Shown here in pieces: positions 17,054 through 27,618 of a stretch of 64,000 bases of DNA. Origin of the DNA: an uncultured Chloroflexia bacterium. Its GTDB lineage: Bacteria > Chloroflexota > UBA6077 > JACCZL01. Made by a program: the position numbers and the translations under genes. The DNA is taken from contig CAVXYC010000019.1 of the NCBI GenBank assembly GCA_963765765.1, forward strand, positions 64,001-128,000. Direction: 5' to 3'. Numbering within the stretch: position 1 is the stretch's first letter; every line of letters starts with the position of its first letter. The notes below the pieces were generated by a model. That model made no database searches, was not told the DNA's origin, and saw nothing but the letters and a program-made list of their open reading frames with translations.

Positions 17054-19278
17054 GTGCTCTACCGCTATAGCCGTTGGGACGGCTCGCAGCAGGTTGATTC
17101 GTTCACCGCCGAAGATGTTATGGAGCAGGTGGCGGACGATATCCTGCGTGGCTCCGACGTGGGCCGGTCGCTGCGCCGCATGATGCAGCGCGGAGCGGAG
17201 TTCACCAGCGGTCGGCGGATGATGGGCCTCCAGGAGATGCTGGAGAAGCTACGCGAGCGCCGCCAACAGCAGATGCAGCGGTTCAATATGGGCTCTATCT
17301 TCGATGACATCAAGGAGCGGCTTGATAAGGTTATCGAGACCGAGCGCGGTGGTATCGACCGCAAGCTCAATCCGAATGCTCCGCAAGCTGGTGAGGACCC
17401 TTCCAACGCTGGGCCCCAAGGTCCACAATCAGCGGGACAGCAGGGACAGCAGGGACAGCAGGGACAGCAGGGACAGCAGGGACAGCAGGGACAGCAGGGA
17501 CAGCAGGGACAGCAGGGACAGCAGGGACAGCAGGGACAGCAGGGACAGCAGGGACAGCAGGGACAGCAGGGACAGCAGGGACAGCAGGGACAAGGCCAAT
17601 CGGGCCAGTCGCCTGACGACGCACTGCAGAAGCTCCTCGAGCGCATGGCTCAGCAGCACCTGGAGAAGCTGGATCATCTCCCGCCCGACGTCGGCGGGCG
17701 TGTGCGCGAGCTGCGCGACTACGATTTCATGGATCCGGATGCGCGTGCACAGTTCGACGAGCTGCTCCAGATGATGCAGCAGCAGGTCATGCAGAGCTAC
17801 TTCCAGGGCTTACAGCAAGGTCTGCAGAACATGACCCCGGAGACGCTCGCTCAAATTCAGGAGATGGTGCGCGACCTCAACGAGCTGCTCAAGAAGCGCA
17901 CGCATGAGGAAGACACCCAGACTGATTTCAAAGAGTTCATGGACAAATGGGGCAGCTTTTTCCCCGAGGGGCTCAACAACCTGGATGAGCTCATGGAGCA
18001 CATGCAGAAGCAGATGGCCCAGATGGACGCCCTCATGAACTCCATGACGCCGGAGATGCGGCGTCAGCTGGAAGACATGATGGAGGGCATGTTCAAAGAC
18101 AGCAGCCTCCAGTGGGATCTCGCGCAGCTCGCTGCCAACCTCGATGAGCTCGGCTATCAAGTTCACGGCCAGGGTGGAGAATACGATCTCTCAGGCGATG
18201 AACCACTGACGCTCCAGGAAGCCATGAAAGTCATGGGCGACATGAACAGCTTCGATGAGCTAGAGCGGGAGCTTATCGACGCGTCGCGCAATAATGACGC
18301 GGGCCGCGTTGATGCCGACGAGCTCTCGCGACTGCTCGGCCAGGACGCCGGGCAGACCCTGGAGCAGATGAAAGAGCTCACGCGCATGCTGGAAGAAGCC
18401 GGTATGATCGAGCAGCGTGGAAAGAACTGGCAGCTCACCGCTCAGGCGATCCGCAAAATTGGCCAGCGTGCCCTCCAGGAAGTGTTCGGTGAGATCCGAG
18501 AGTCCAATATCGGCGACCACTCGATGGACGATCGTGGAACGGGCACGGAAAGGCTGGATGGAACTCGCCCGTACGTCTACGGCGATCCGTTTCTTGTGGA
18601 TGTACAGCGCACCGTCCGTAATGCCCTGATGCGCAGCGGCGCGAACATCCCGGTGCGGCTCAACGCGGACGATTTCGAAATCTACGAGACCGAATCGGTC
18701 ACTCAGTGCTCCACCGTCATCATGCTCGACATGAGCCGGTCCATGCTCTACAACGGGGCGTTCCAGGAAGGTCGGAAGGTGGCGATTGCGCTCGACGCGC
18801 TGATCCGATCACGCTTTCCGCGGGACAATCTACACATTCTGGCGTTCTCGTACTTTGTGCTTCCACTGAAGCCGGAGATGCTTTTCGACAACTACTGGAT
18901 CGAGAACGGCGGTGGTACGAACTTCCAGGAAGCCCTGGCCCAGGGCCGACAACTATTGAGCAAGCACAAGGGCGGTACGCGGCAGATCGTCCTGATCACC
19001 GATGGTGAGCCCACCACCTATAGCTGGGGGAGCGCGACTGGGGCTCCTATCGACGTTCGCCGGGCGTGGTCGAGGAGACGCTCCGCGAGGCTGCCCGGTG
19101 CGCTCGCGAAGAGATCGTCATCAACACGTTCATGATGGAGCAGGACCCCGGTCTCGCTCGCTTCGTTCAGCTCCTCGCCAAGGTAAACAACGGCCGCGCC
19201 TTCTTCTCATCACAGGGCAAGCTGGGCCAGTATCTTCTGGTGGATTACCTCAAAAACAAGCGGCGGATGGTGCATTAG
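17054..19278 (+). CDS. VWA domain-containing protein (Rv0959-like), frameshift near 19035
   Basis: YRYSRWDG N-terminus, MIDAS DMSRSM, GTNFQ, ITDGEPT. C-terminus ETLREA..INTFM..NNGRAF..LVDYL lies in ORF 19066-19278. Confidence 0.85.
17435..17587 (+). repeat. Perfect 9-bp tandem repeat (GGACAGCAG)x17 encoding (GQQ)17
   Basis: Read directly from the sequence: 153 bp with no synonymous variation. Confidence 0.97.
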
Positions 19279-19627
19279 CCGCGGGGTAAGTGTACGTACC
19301 GGGCAGACGCTTCGTACTTCCAGCGGTCTGCATCAGTGCCGCCTCCGCAAGCGAGTGGCTCATCTGGATTATTCCCAACGCGGGCCTGGAATATGCGAGG
19401 GGAAAGCCTCGCTTGTGATCGCGGTTCGGGACGATCTGCTTGAACCGCTGAATCACGCTCGGATCTGTGATGACCTCGAAATTGCTTCCCTTGGATGCCT
19501 GCTAAGTTGTATCAACGGATGAATCTCGCACCGGCGGTCGAGCCACCACTACAGCAACAGCGCGCACTGGGCCGGACAATAGCTCTCATGTCGTAGTCAC
19601 TCTGGCGTTCAGCATCGGAGGTGAACG

Positions 19628-20863
19628 ATGTCCGAAGTTACGGGTTCACGGCGATCCTTCCTGCAGTTGACTGTGGTCGGCACAGCCACCGCTCTCGCGG
19701 CCGCCTGTGCTCCACCAGCGCCCCCGTCGGCCAAGGAGGCTGGCAAGCCCACTGCGGCGCCGGCCGCGGCCGGCACTACGGCTCCGGCCGCCCAGCCGAC
19801 TGAGGTTCCAAAGCCCGTGGCGCAGGCGCCCGCCGCTACTGGCCAGGCCGCCGTCACCTGGAAGTGGCAATCGAGCTTCGGCCAGACGGACATCTTCCAC
19901 CAGATGGGTGTCGACCTCGCACGGAAGGTCGACGAAATGTCAAACGGGCGTATCAAGATCGAAATGCTGCCCAACGGCGCGGTCGTCCCCTTCAATCAGA
20001 TCATTGACGCAACCAGTCAAGGACTCCTGGATGGCGGCGTGGGCGTGCCAGCCTATTGGTTCGATAAGAGCCGCTCCACCAGCCTCTTCGGAACTGGTCC
20101 GTCATTTGGCATGGATGCCGACCAGATGATCGGCTGGTACTACTACGGTGGCGGTCAGCCGCTCTACGCCGAGCTCATTCAGCAGGTGCTAAGGCTCAAC
20201 GTCGTCTCTTTCTTCGGCCCGCCCATGCCCACTCAGCCGCTGGGCTGGTTCAAGAAGGAGATCACCAGCCCGGACGATTTCAGGGGACTGAAGTTCCGCA
20301 CTGTCGGGCTTTCGGCCGATCTCTTCAAAGAGCTCGGCGCGGCGGTCGTCATACTTCCGGGGCCAGATGTTGTGCCATCGCTCGAGCGGGGCGTCATAGA
20401 TGGAGCGGAATTCAACAACCCTTCATCCGACAAGCTCCTCGGCTTCCAGGACGTGGTGAAGGTGCTCATGGTGCAGTCCTATCACCAACCCGTGGAGTTC
20501 CTCGAGTTTTTGGTCAATAAGCAGAAATTCGAATCTCTGCCGACCGACCTTCAGGCCATCTTCCGCTACGCCACGATGGCAGAGTCGGCCGATGCCGGCT
20601 GGAAGTATTTCCTGGATGCGAACAGCAAGGACCTGCAGGAGATCAAGTCAAAGGGCGTCAGGGTCATGACCACGCCAGCCTCCATTCTCCAGGCCCAGCT
20701 CGGGGCCTGGGATGTGGTTGTCGAGCGCGAATCTAATGACCCCTTCTTCAAGAAGGTCATCGAATCTCAGCGCCAGTGGGCCGCGCGGGTGGTGCCTCTG
20801 CGATCGCAGGTCATGGTGGATAACTCGCTCGCCTTCAAGCACTACTTCCCGAACGCGACGTAA
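19628..20863 (+). CDS. dctP: TRAP transporter substrate-binding protein (TakP/alpha-keto-acid type), Tat lipoprotein
   Basis: SRRSFL Tat motif, LAAAC lipobox, WKWQSSF, QPLGWFKKEI, GLKFRTVG, LERGVIDGAEFNNPSSD. Confidence 0.9.
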   Translation: MSEVTGSRRSFLQLTVVGTATALAAACAPPAPPSAKEAGKPTAAPAAAGTTAPAAQPTEVPKPVAQAPAATGQAAVTWKWQSSFGQTDIFHQMGVDLARKVDEMSNGRIKIEMLPNGAVVPFNQIIDATSQGLLDGGVGVPAYWFDKSRSTSLFGTGPSFGMDADQMIGWYYYGGGQPLYAELIQQVLRLNVVSFFGPPMPTQPLGWFKKEITSPDDFRGLKFRTVGLSADLFKELGAAVVILPGPDVVPSLERGVIDGAEFNNPSSDKLLGFQDVVKVLMVQSYHQPVEFLEFLVNKQKFESLPTDLQAIFRYATMAESADAGWKYFLDANSKDLQEIKSKGVRVMTTPASILQAQLGAWDVVVERESNDPFFKKVIESQRQWAARVVPLRSQVMVDNSLAFKHYFPNAT

Positions 20864-20875
20864 CGATCAAGACTC

Positions 20876-20935
20876 TGCAGTAGGACGCCTTCGTCTGTGC
20901 GCCGGATAGGCGTATGGGCGAAGGCGTTCCGCTGT
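20876..20935. other. Long intercistronic hairpin between dctP and dctQ
   Basis: GGACGCCTTCGTCTGTGCGCC pairs (with G-U) with GGCGTATGGGCGAAGGCGTTC. An mRNA-stabilising role is inferred. Confidence 0.55.
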
Positions 20936-20957
20936 AACTCGGTTTAAGTGTCCGTGA

Positions 20958-21539
20958 TTGAAAGGGGGAGCCCTGTTGCAGCGCTATCTCTTGATGGTCG
21001 ATTCGCTGAGCGCCTGGATAGGCAAGATCTTCGGCTGGAGCATAGTAGTCCTTACCGTTGTGACGTGCCTCGAGGTGCTCATGCGCTACATCTTTCGCGC
21101 GCCGACGGACTGGGCGCCGGATGTGAGCCGCTTTGCATTCGGTACTCTTTTCATGATGGCTGGCGCGTACACGCTCTCACGTAATGCCCACGTTCGGGGC
21201 GACATGTTTTACCGGCAGTGGCCAGTGCGAGCTCAGGGTGCGGTGGACATCGCGCTCTACCTCCTCTTCTTCTTCCCCGGCATCATCGCTCTGGTTATCG
21301 CGGGACTCGACTTCGCTAATTTTGCTCGTGGTGTTAACGAGCGCTCGTCGATCAGCCCGGGTGGGCCCATCGTTTGGCCCTTCAAGTACGTCATCCCGGT
21401 CGCGGGTGTCCTCATGGTTATCCAGGGCGTGGTGGAGGTCATCCGAGCAGGGATCGCTTTCAAGACCGGTGTTTGGCCTGAGCGGCTGTCAGACGTAGAA
21501 GAGACCGAGACACGTTTGGCCCAGGAGAGTCAGCTTTGA
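20958..21539 (+). CDS. dctQ: TRAP transporter small permease
   Basis: EVLMRY, AYTL..HVRGD, 4 TM helices; lies between dctP and dctM. Confidence 0.9.
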   Translation: MKGGALLQRYLLMVDSLSAWIGKIFGWSIVVLTVVTCLEVLMRYIFRAPTDWAPDVSRFAFGTLFMMAGAYTLSRNAHVRGDMFYRQWPVRAQGAVDIALYLLFFFPGIIALVIAGLDFANFARGVNERSSISPGGPIVWPFKYVIPVAGVLMVIQGVVEVIRAGIAFKTGVWPERLSDVEETETRLAQESQL

Positions 21540-22861
21540 GCCCCGAGCTACTGGGCCTAATCCAGCTCGGACTGCTCTGCGCAGCCATTCTGATTGGCTT
21601 TCCTACCGCCTTCACACTTATGGCGCTGGGGATCATCTTTGGCTTTCTCGGATTTGGCCCGTTGGTCTTCAATCTGCTTGTGCAGCGGACCTACGCGGTC
21701 ATGACCAGTGACGTGCTCATCGCCGTCCCGCTGTTCCTGTTCATGGGATACATCATCGAGCGGGCAGGCACACTGGATCGCCTATTTCGAAGCATTCAGC
21801 TCGCGCTTGGTCCGATCCGTGGGTCGTTACTTTTGGCCACGCTGATCACTTGCACTATCTTCGCCACCGCTACGGGCATCGTAGGTGCCAGCGTGACGCT
21901 GATGGGTCTACTGGCGCTGCCGGCGATGATGCGCGCGCGATACAACGTGGAGCTGTCCACAGGCGTTATCGCCGCGGGCGGAACGCTTGGAATTCTTATT
22001 CCACCGAGCGTGCTGCTGATTCTGTATGGCGCGGTCGCAGGCGTTTCCGTGCCACGCCTCTATGCTGGTGCGTTTCTGCCCGGCTTGATGCTCTCGACGC
22101 TCTACCTCCTCTATATCCTGGCTCGCGTCTACTCGAATGAGAAGCTTGCGCCACCACTCCCAGCGAACGAGCGTCAGTTCCCGGTAGCCTTGATTCTTCG
22201 GAGTCTGCTCACCTCGTTCCTGCCCCTCACGCTGCTGATCGGCGTCGTGCTGGGGTCGATTCTCATCGGTGTCGCCACGCCAACGGAGGCGGCCGCGCTG
22301 GGGGCCCTCGGCGGAATCCTGCTGGCGGCTGCTTATGGTGCACTCAACCTTCAGACGCTAAAGGAGTCGGTGTTCCTCACGGCCCGCGCTTCCGCGATGG
22401 TGCTGTGGCTGCTGGTCGGCTCTAGCCTGTTTGCCGGTGTGTTTGCGCGGTTGGGCGGCGCGGCGATGATCGAGAGCTGGGTCCTTTCACTCGGACTTTC
22501 ACCCTTCGCATTTTTCTGGCTGGCTCAGATCATCATCTTTCTGCTGGGCTGGCCTCTCGAGTGGACCGAGATCACCATCATTTTCATGCCACTGTTTTTG
22601 CCGCTGCTGCAGCAGTTCGACATTGATCCGCTGTTCTTCGGCATCATGGCCGCTTTGAATCAGCAGACGTCGTTTTTGTCGCCACCAGTGGCGATGTCGG
22701 CCTTTTACCTCAAGGGGGTTGCTCCGCGCGAGATCAGCCTGAACCAGATTTTCAGAGGCATGTATCCGTTTATGATTATCCAGATCATCTCAATGATCGT
22801 TCTGTACTACTGGCCTCAGCTCGCTCTCTGGCTGCCAGATGCGATCTACGGAGCGCGATGA
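21536..22861 (+). CDS. dctM: TRAP transporter large permease
   Basis: AVPLFLFMG, GGTLGILIPPS, TPTEAAA, QTSFLSPP. Confidence 0.92.
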   Translation: MSPELLGLIQLGLLCAAILIGFPTAFTLMALGIIFGFLGFGPLVFNLLVQRTYAVMTSDVLIAVPLFLFMGYIIERAGTLDRLFRSIQLALGPIRGSLLLATLITCTIFATATGIVGASVTLMGLLALPAMMRARYNVELSTGVIAAGGTLGILIPPSVLLILYGAVAGVSVPRLYAGAFLPGLMLSTLYLLYILARVYSNEKLAPPLPANERQFPVALILRSLLTSFLPLTLLIGVVLGSILIGVATPTEAAALGALGGILLAAAYGALNLQTLKESVFLTARASAMVLWLLVGSSLFAGVFARLGGAAMIESWVLSLGLSPFAFFWLAQIIIFLLGWPLEWTEITIIFMPLFLPLLQQFDIDPLFFGIMAALNQQTSFLSPPVAMSAFYLKGVAPREISLNQIFRGMYPFMIIQIISMIVLYYWPQLALWLPDAIYGAR

Positions 22862-23185
22862 TGCCGAGCGACGATGAGCGGGTCACGTATCAGGCCGATT
22901 GCCAAGCGCTGTCCGAAGCGCCGTGCGTCGTGGCCGGCAGGATCGAGATGCCCACACTCGAGGTGGGCGGCAAGGCGTCCGCCGGCAGTTTACGGTGACG
23001 CGATAATCTTCAAGCTGAGCCCGGATGGGGTTGTGCGCGCCCTGGAGCTGCGCGGAGCGTGAGACTTTGATCCCAGGGGCGGGCGGCCGATGCGTGAGTG
23101 GATCCAGGTGCCCGACGAGCAGTCCAGCGCCTGGATCGAGCTCAGCCAGTCAGCTCTGGAGTACGTCCTCGGACAGAAGAAGTGA
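22861..23185 (+). pseudogene. Decayed TfoX/YjbR-like small protein
   Basis: Manual joining gives MPTLEVGGKA..YGDAIIFKL..RALELRGA*DFDPRGGRPMREWIQVP..WIELSQSALEYV. In-frame TGA at 23060-23062 plus frameshifts. Confidence 0.6.
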
Positions 23186-23229
23186 GCAATGAAGCGGCAG
23201 GTCTGACAATCTCTAGATGCTGCTGCCCA

Positions 23230-23944
23230 TTACGATGTCTTGTAGCCCACGATCAGCGCTCGGCCCAGTTTCTTCCACAGGCAGTCCACATGGCCGAAGC
23301 CAGCGTTTCGGAGCCAGGTGAGCTGCTCGTCAACGGGATCTGGATGCTCGGTGCCGCTGCACACCGCTGCCCATGCCCTGTGGGCGGGTGCTTCGCGGGC
23401 CCAGCTTGCGGTAGACGGCGCGGAAATAGTCGTCTCGCGGTCGCATATTGTCGATGTTGAAGAACGCGCCACCGTCGTTCAGCCGATTGAAAATCTGCGC
23501 GTAGAGCTTGGCCTTGTTTGGTGAGGTCAGGTGGTGGATGGCCCGCGCTGACACGACCAGGTCAAACGTCCCGGGCAGATCGTTGGGCAGGTCTCCATCG
23601 GCGAAATCACCGACGTGGTACCCAAAACGATCGCCGAAAGGCGCCATTCGCTGGCGGCCTTCGGCCATCATCGGCTCAGAGATATCCAGGCCAACGGCAG
23701 TAGCATTGGGCAGCGCGCTGAGCAGCGCTCCGGCGACCACTCCATGTCCGGAGCCGATGTCCAGGATTCGTAAGATGGCATCCTTCTCAAAGGGCTGCGT
23801 AGCGATGAGAATGTCGTAAACCTCGCTGCTCTCAGGAAAGGCAGAATCGGTATTCTGGACGTACTCGGCGACCCGGTCGGCCTCTTTCCAATGGTGGCCG
23901 GCACGCTGCTCGCCTGGACCTTGAACGTCTGTCTGTTGCACCAT
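23230..23944 (-). CDS. Class I SAM-dependent methyltransferase, frameshift near 23375
   Basis: ILDIGSGHG, GLDISEPM, DLVVSARAIHHL. C-terminus EQLTWLRNAGF.HVDC.WK lies in a second frame. Confidence 0.85.
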
Positions 23945-24051
23945 GGTGATCTCCTCTAACGGCGGACCTTTCGAGCATAGCCCGTCCGCGGCGTACGGAC
24001 AAACCCGGCGCCGTGATCCGCTTTGCCACTAGCCTGTTACGATGACAGCGG

Positions 24052-25809
24052 GTGAGCAATATGTCGGGTGACGCGCGTAGTCGACAGAAGAATGGGCAAG
24101 TTGCCGATCTCCTTACCGAGATCGGCGAGCTGCTCGAGATCAAGGGCGAGCAGCGTTTCAAGATCAATGCGTACCACAACGCTGCTCGGCGAATTGAATC
24201 GCTCCCAGAGCCAATTGAGAAGCTCTACGCCGATCATCGCTTGCGCACGATTCCGGGCGTTGGCGATGCACTCGAGCAGAAGATCTCTGAATTTCTGGCT
24301 ACCGGCAGTCTGGCTTATCTAGAGCGCCTGCGCGCCGAGATTCCGCCCAGTCTCGTCTCACTTACGAGCGTACCTGGCCTTGGGCCCAAGAAAGCTCACC
24401 AGATCTATCAGCAGCTCGGAATCACGAATCTGGACCAGCTGGAGGAAGCGGTCCGCGAGCACCGTCTGAACGGAATTCCCGGTCTTGGAGGCAAATCCGA
24501 GGAGAACATCCTGCGCGAGCTGCAACGCCTCAAGGAGCGGTCAAAGCGACACATGCTCAGTACCGCGCTCGAACGAGCCGAGACCATGCTGGGCGAGCTG
24601 CGCCAACATGCCTCCGTGGAGCGAGCGGAATACGCCGGTAGCCTACGACGGAGACTGGACACCGTGGGCGACCTGGACCTGCTCGTCACCACCGATGATC
24701 CCGAGGGCGTGCACGCATACGCGCGCGATCTGCCCCAGGTGGTAGACGTTGTCTCCACGGGGCCGGCGCGGACCACAGTCCTGATGAGGGGCGGCTTTCA
24801 GGTAGACGTCCGCACGGTACCACCGGAGTCTTTCGGCGCTGCTCTCCAGTACTTCACCGGCTCGAAGGAGCACAACGTGCAGCTCCGAGAGCTGACTGTT
24901 CGTCGCGGTTGGCGGTTGAACGAGTACGGTCTGTTCGACGAAAACGGGGCACACGTGACCGAGGGCGATGAGTCCGCGATTTACGCAGCGCTGGGCATGG
25001 ATTGTCCCCCGCCGGAGTTACGCGAGGGGCGAGGCGAGATCGATGCGGCTCAGCGGCACGCCCTGCCTAATCTGGTGACTGTGGATGCTCTCCGGGGCGA
25101 CCTGCATCTGCACACTGACTGGACGGATGGAGCGCACCCTCTTGAGGAGATGGCCAAAGCTGCGATGGCTCTTGGTCGCTCATATATCGCCGTGACCGAT
25201 CACAGCCGCTCGCTACGCGTTGCCCGCGGGCTGGAGGTGGAGCGACTTCGTCTGCAGCGTGGTCTCGTGGATCGACTCAACAGCGAGTTGGCGCCGTTCC
25301 GAATTCTCCTTGGGACGGAGATGGACATTCTGGCGGACGGCGAGCTCGACTATCCTGACGAGGTTCTGGACCGACTCGACTACGTCTCCGTGTCGGTCCA
25401 CAGCCAGATGAAGCAGCCTGAGCCGGAGATGACGGCAAGGATCTGCCGCGCGCTCACCAATCCCCGCGTGTGCACGCTCAATCATCCCCACGGTCGCATG
25501 TTCGGCAAGCGCGACGAGTACTCGGTCGATATGGAGGCGGTGATCGAGACCGCCATTGCGCACGGTGTGGCGCTGGAGGTGAACAGTCAGCCTCATCGTC
25601 TGGATCTGGATGGAGGCTGGGTGAGACGCGTCATTGATCGCGGCGGCATGATTGCCATCAGCTCCGACGCGCACAGTACCGCGGAGCTGGAGCTGCTCCC
25701 ATATGGTGTTATGACGGCTCGGCGGGGCTGGGCTGAGCCGGCGCATGTGCTAAATTCGCTTTCGCTCGAGGGACTCGAAGAGCACATTTCCGCGCGTGGT
25801 AGCAGATAG
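24052..25809 (+). CDS. polX: DNA polymerase X with C-terminal PHP domain
   Basis: AGSLRR..TVGDLDLL, QVDVR, YFTGSKEHN, LNEYGL; PHP motifs DLHLHT..DG, TDHS, SSDAHS. Confidence 0.95.
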   Translation: MSNMSGDARSRQKNGQVADLLTEIGELLEIKGEQRFKINAYHNAARRIESLPEPIEKLYADHRLRTIPGVGDALEQKISEFLATGSLAYLERLRAEIPPSLVSLTSVPGLGPKKAHQIYQQLGITNLDQLEEAVREHRLNGIPGLGGKSEENILRELQRLKERSKRHMLSTALERAETMLGELRQHASVERAEYAGSLRRRLDTVGDLDLLVTTDDPEGVHAYARDLPQVVDVVSTGPARTTVLMRGGFQVDVRTVPPESFGAALQYFTGSKEHNVQLRELTVRRGWRLNEYGLFDENGAHVTEGDESAIYAALGMDCPPPELREGRGEIDAAQRHALPNLVTVDALRGDLHLHTDWTDGAHPLEEMAKAAMALGRSYIAVTDHSRSLRVARGLEVERLRLQRGLVDRLNSELAPFRILLGTEMDILADGELDYPDEVLDRLDYVSVSVHSQMKQPEPEMTARICRALTNPRVCTLNHPHGRMFGKRDEYSVDMEAVIETAIAHGVALEVNSQPHRLDLDGGWVRRVIDRGGMIAISSDAHSTAELELLPYGVMTARRGWAEPAHVLNSLSLEGLEEHISARGSR

Positions 25810-25845
25810 CAGACGACTCGCGGTGTCAGCTTCACCGCGCTAGCG

Positions 25846-26130
25846 CTAGCTCACTAGCTCCCGCAGCAGGGCGCGCAGCTCGGGTGTCCTCGCAATAGCC
25901 TCGCGCAGCCCGTCGATCTCAGTGGTGCTGAGCATCAGCGGTGAGCGGCTGAAGCGGCCGCTATGGTTGTAGCTGCAAAAGCGAATGCTCATGGCACCTT
26001 CAGCGTGGCCCTCGGTGTACTTGAGGAGCTGAATCGTGGGCCGATTCCACTCACCCTCAAACTGTGCTTCCTCAGCAATCACGCCACTGCCCCAGGAAAA
26101 GCTGAATCGTCGCTGCTTCGCGTCAGGCAT
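25846..26130 (-). CDS. Small conserved hypothetical protein
   Basis: 94 aa with ordered composition (WGSG.I.EEA..PTIQLL..IRFC.Y..GRF.RSPL); RBS upstream. Confidence 0.6.
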   Translation of the reverse strand: MPDAKQRRFSFSWGSGVIAEEAQFEGEWNRPTIQLLKYTEGHAEGAMSIRFCSYNHSGRFSRSPLMLSTTEIDGLREAIARTPELRALLRELVS

Positions 26131-26283
26131 TGCACTCTCTTCAACGAAAATGGTCCCACCACCGTACCATCTGATAGGTGATGCAGAGCACGAGTGGCCT
26201 GGATTCCTTGCGCCGAGTCGTAACTGTCAGTTATCTCGTGATGGCCTAGAACGAGAGGTTCGGGCGTCCCTGGAGGTCCCACT

Positions 26284-27558
26284 GTGAAATCTTCCATTCA
26301 TGACGCTTTGACGCGTCGCCAAGCATTGCGCATGTTTGGAATTACAGGCGCAGCGACCGTTCTCGCGGCGTGTCAGCAGAGTGCTCCAGCCTCGCCGGCA
26401 AAGCCGACGGATGCGCCGAAGGCCGCGGCAACGGCAGCGCCGGCGTCACCCGCGGCGAAGCCGGCTGCCTCGCCCGCCGCATCTCCCGCGGCTTCTCCGG
26501 CCGCACAGGCTACCGGCTCATCAGCGGCCGCAATCAGCGACGCGGATTGGAATGCCATCGTCGCCGCGGCGCGACAGGAGGGCAAGCTCTCCGTAGCCAC
26601 GTATTCTGGCGGCGGTTATCGAACGGTCATCGAGGATTTCAAGAAGGCGTATCCCGGTATCGAGGTGGAGCATCAGCAGTTCCAATCATCCTCGCGGGAT
26701 TTCGTGCCGCGCCTGCACCAGGAGCACCGGGCCGGCCTTTATGCCTGGGATGTGGCCACGATGCCGCTCCAGGAGCAGATGCGACAGGTGCAGCCCGCGG
26801 ATGGACTCGCTCCACTACGGCCGCTACTGGTGCGCGCCGACGTGCTCGATGACAAGAACTGGAACGGTGGCTTCGAAAAGGGCTTCGACGATAACGATAA
26901 GAAGTGGGGCTACTCCGCCATCGCCGTGCGCTTTCCCGTTATCTGGATCAATTCTGATCAGGTGAAGGATGGCGAGATCAAGACGCTGAAGGACCTCACC
27001 GACCCCAAATGGCGCGGAAAGATCATTGCCGCGGATCCCCGCACCAAGGGTTCCGGCTTTGTTCCGGCTACTGTCATGCGTGTCAAGTCCGGCAGCGACG
27101 ACGTCATGAAGCAGCTATTCAAGGACCAGGAGCCAGTGATCAGCACGGATGCTCGCCAGCTCACTGAGTTTATGGTACGTGGTCGAGGCATCATCGGATT
27201 CGGCGCCGTGGATAAGGTCATTCTGGCCGACTTCCTGGCCCAGGGGCTTGGGGCGAACCTCAAGAACATCGACTTCCCTGAGGCCGATTTCCTGAGCAGC
27301 AACAACAATCACCTCTGGCATTACGCTAAGGCGCCGCACCCCAAGGCTGCACAGGTTTTCGCAAACTGGTTGCTCAGTAAGGAAGGTCAGATTTCGTTTT
27401 CCACAAACATCAGGGTCAACAGTCGTCGTACAGATGTTCCCGTGGTGGAGCAGGACGCGGTGCCAACGCCAGGTGTTGAGTACGTGACTGCTGACCTCGA
27501 GAGCTTCATCCCAGAACAGGCCAGGACCCAGGAGCTCGCAAAGGGCCTACTGGATTAG
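26284..27558 (+). CDS. ABC transporter substrate-binding lipoprotein (FbpA/AfuA-like fold), Tat signal
   Basis: TRRQAL, LAAC, Pro/Ala linker, W..IV.AA..EG.L, DLTDPKWRGKI, APHPKAAQVFANWLLSKEGQ. Confidence 0.88.
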   Translation: MKSSIHDALTRRQALRMFGITGAATVLAACQQSAPASPAKPTDAPKAAATAAPASPAAKPAASPAASPAASPAAQATGSSAAAISDADWNAIVAAARQEGKLSVATYSGGGYRTVIEDFKKAYPGIEVEHQQFQSSSRDFVPRLHQEHRAGLYAWDVATMPLQEQMRQVQPADGLAPLRPLLVRADVLDDKNWNGGFEKGFDDNDKKWGYSAIAVRFPVIWINSDQVKDGEIKTLKDLTDPKWRGKIIAADPRTKGSGFVPATVMRVKSGSDDVMKQLFKDQEPVISTDARQLTEFMVRGRGIIGFGAVDKVILADFLAQGLGANLKNIDFPEADFLSSNNNHLWHYAKAPHPKAAQVFANWLLSKEGQISFSTNIRVNSRRTDVPVVEQDAVPTPGVEYVTADLESFIPEQARTQELAKGLLD

Positions 27559-27580
27559 GTCGGACGGGACTACGACGGTC

Positions 27581-27618
27581 AAGCGCCATGCGAAGATGCT
27601 CGCGTGGCGCTTTGCTTT
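27581..27618 (+). terminator. Probable intrinsic terminator
   Basis: AAGCGCCATGCGA / TCGCGTGGCGCTT hairpin followed by TGCTTT, just after the SBP stop. Confidence 0.55.

Noticed and set aside
17435-17587. Possible CRISPR array
   Set aside because: Contiguous 9-bp units with no spacers, in frame within a CDS, and no cas genes in the window.
17065-17774. Cys-rich (CCP)n, (RDS)n, (VPA)n and (LLS)n ORFs
   Set aside because: Alternate-frame and antisense readings of the GGACAGCAG repeat inside the VWA gene.
23060-23062. Selenocysteine recoding of the in-frame TGA
   Set aside because: The position is not a Cys-type site, the gene has other lesions, and no SECIS-like hairpin was recognised.
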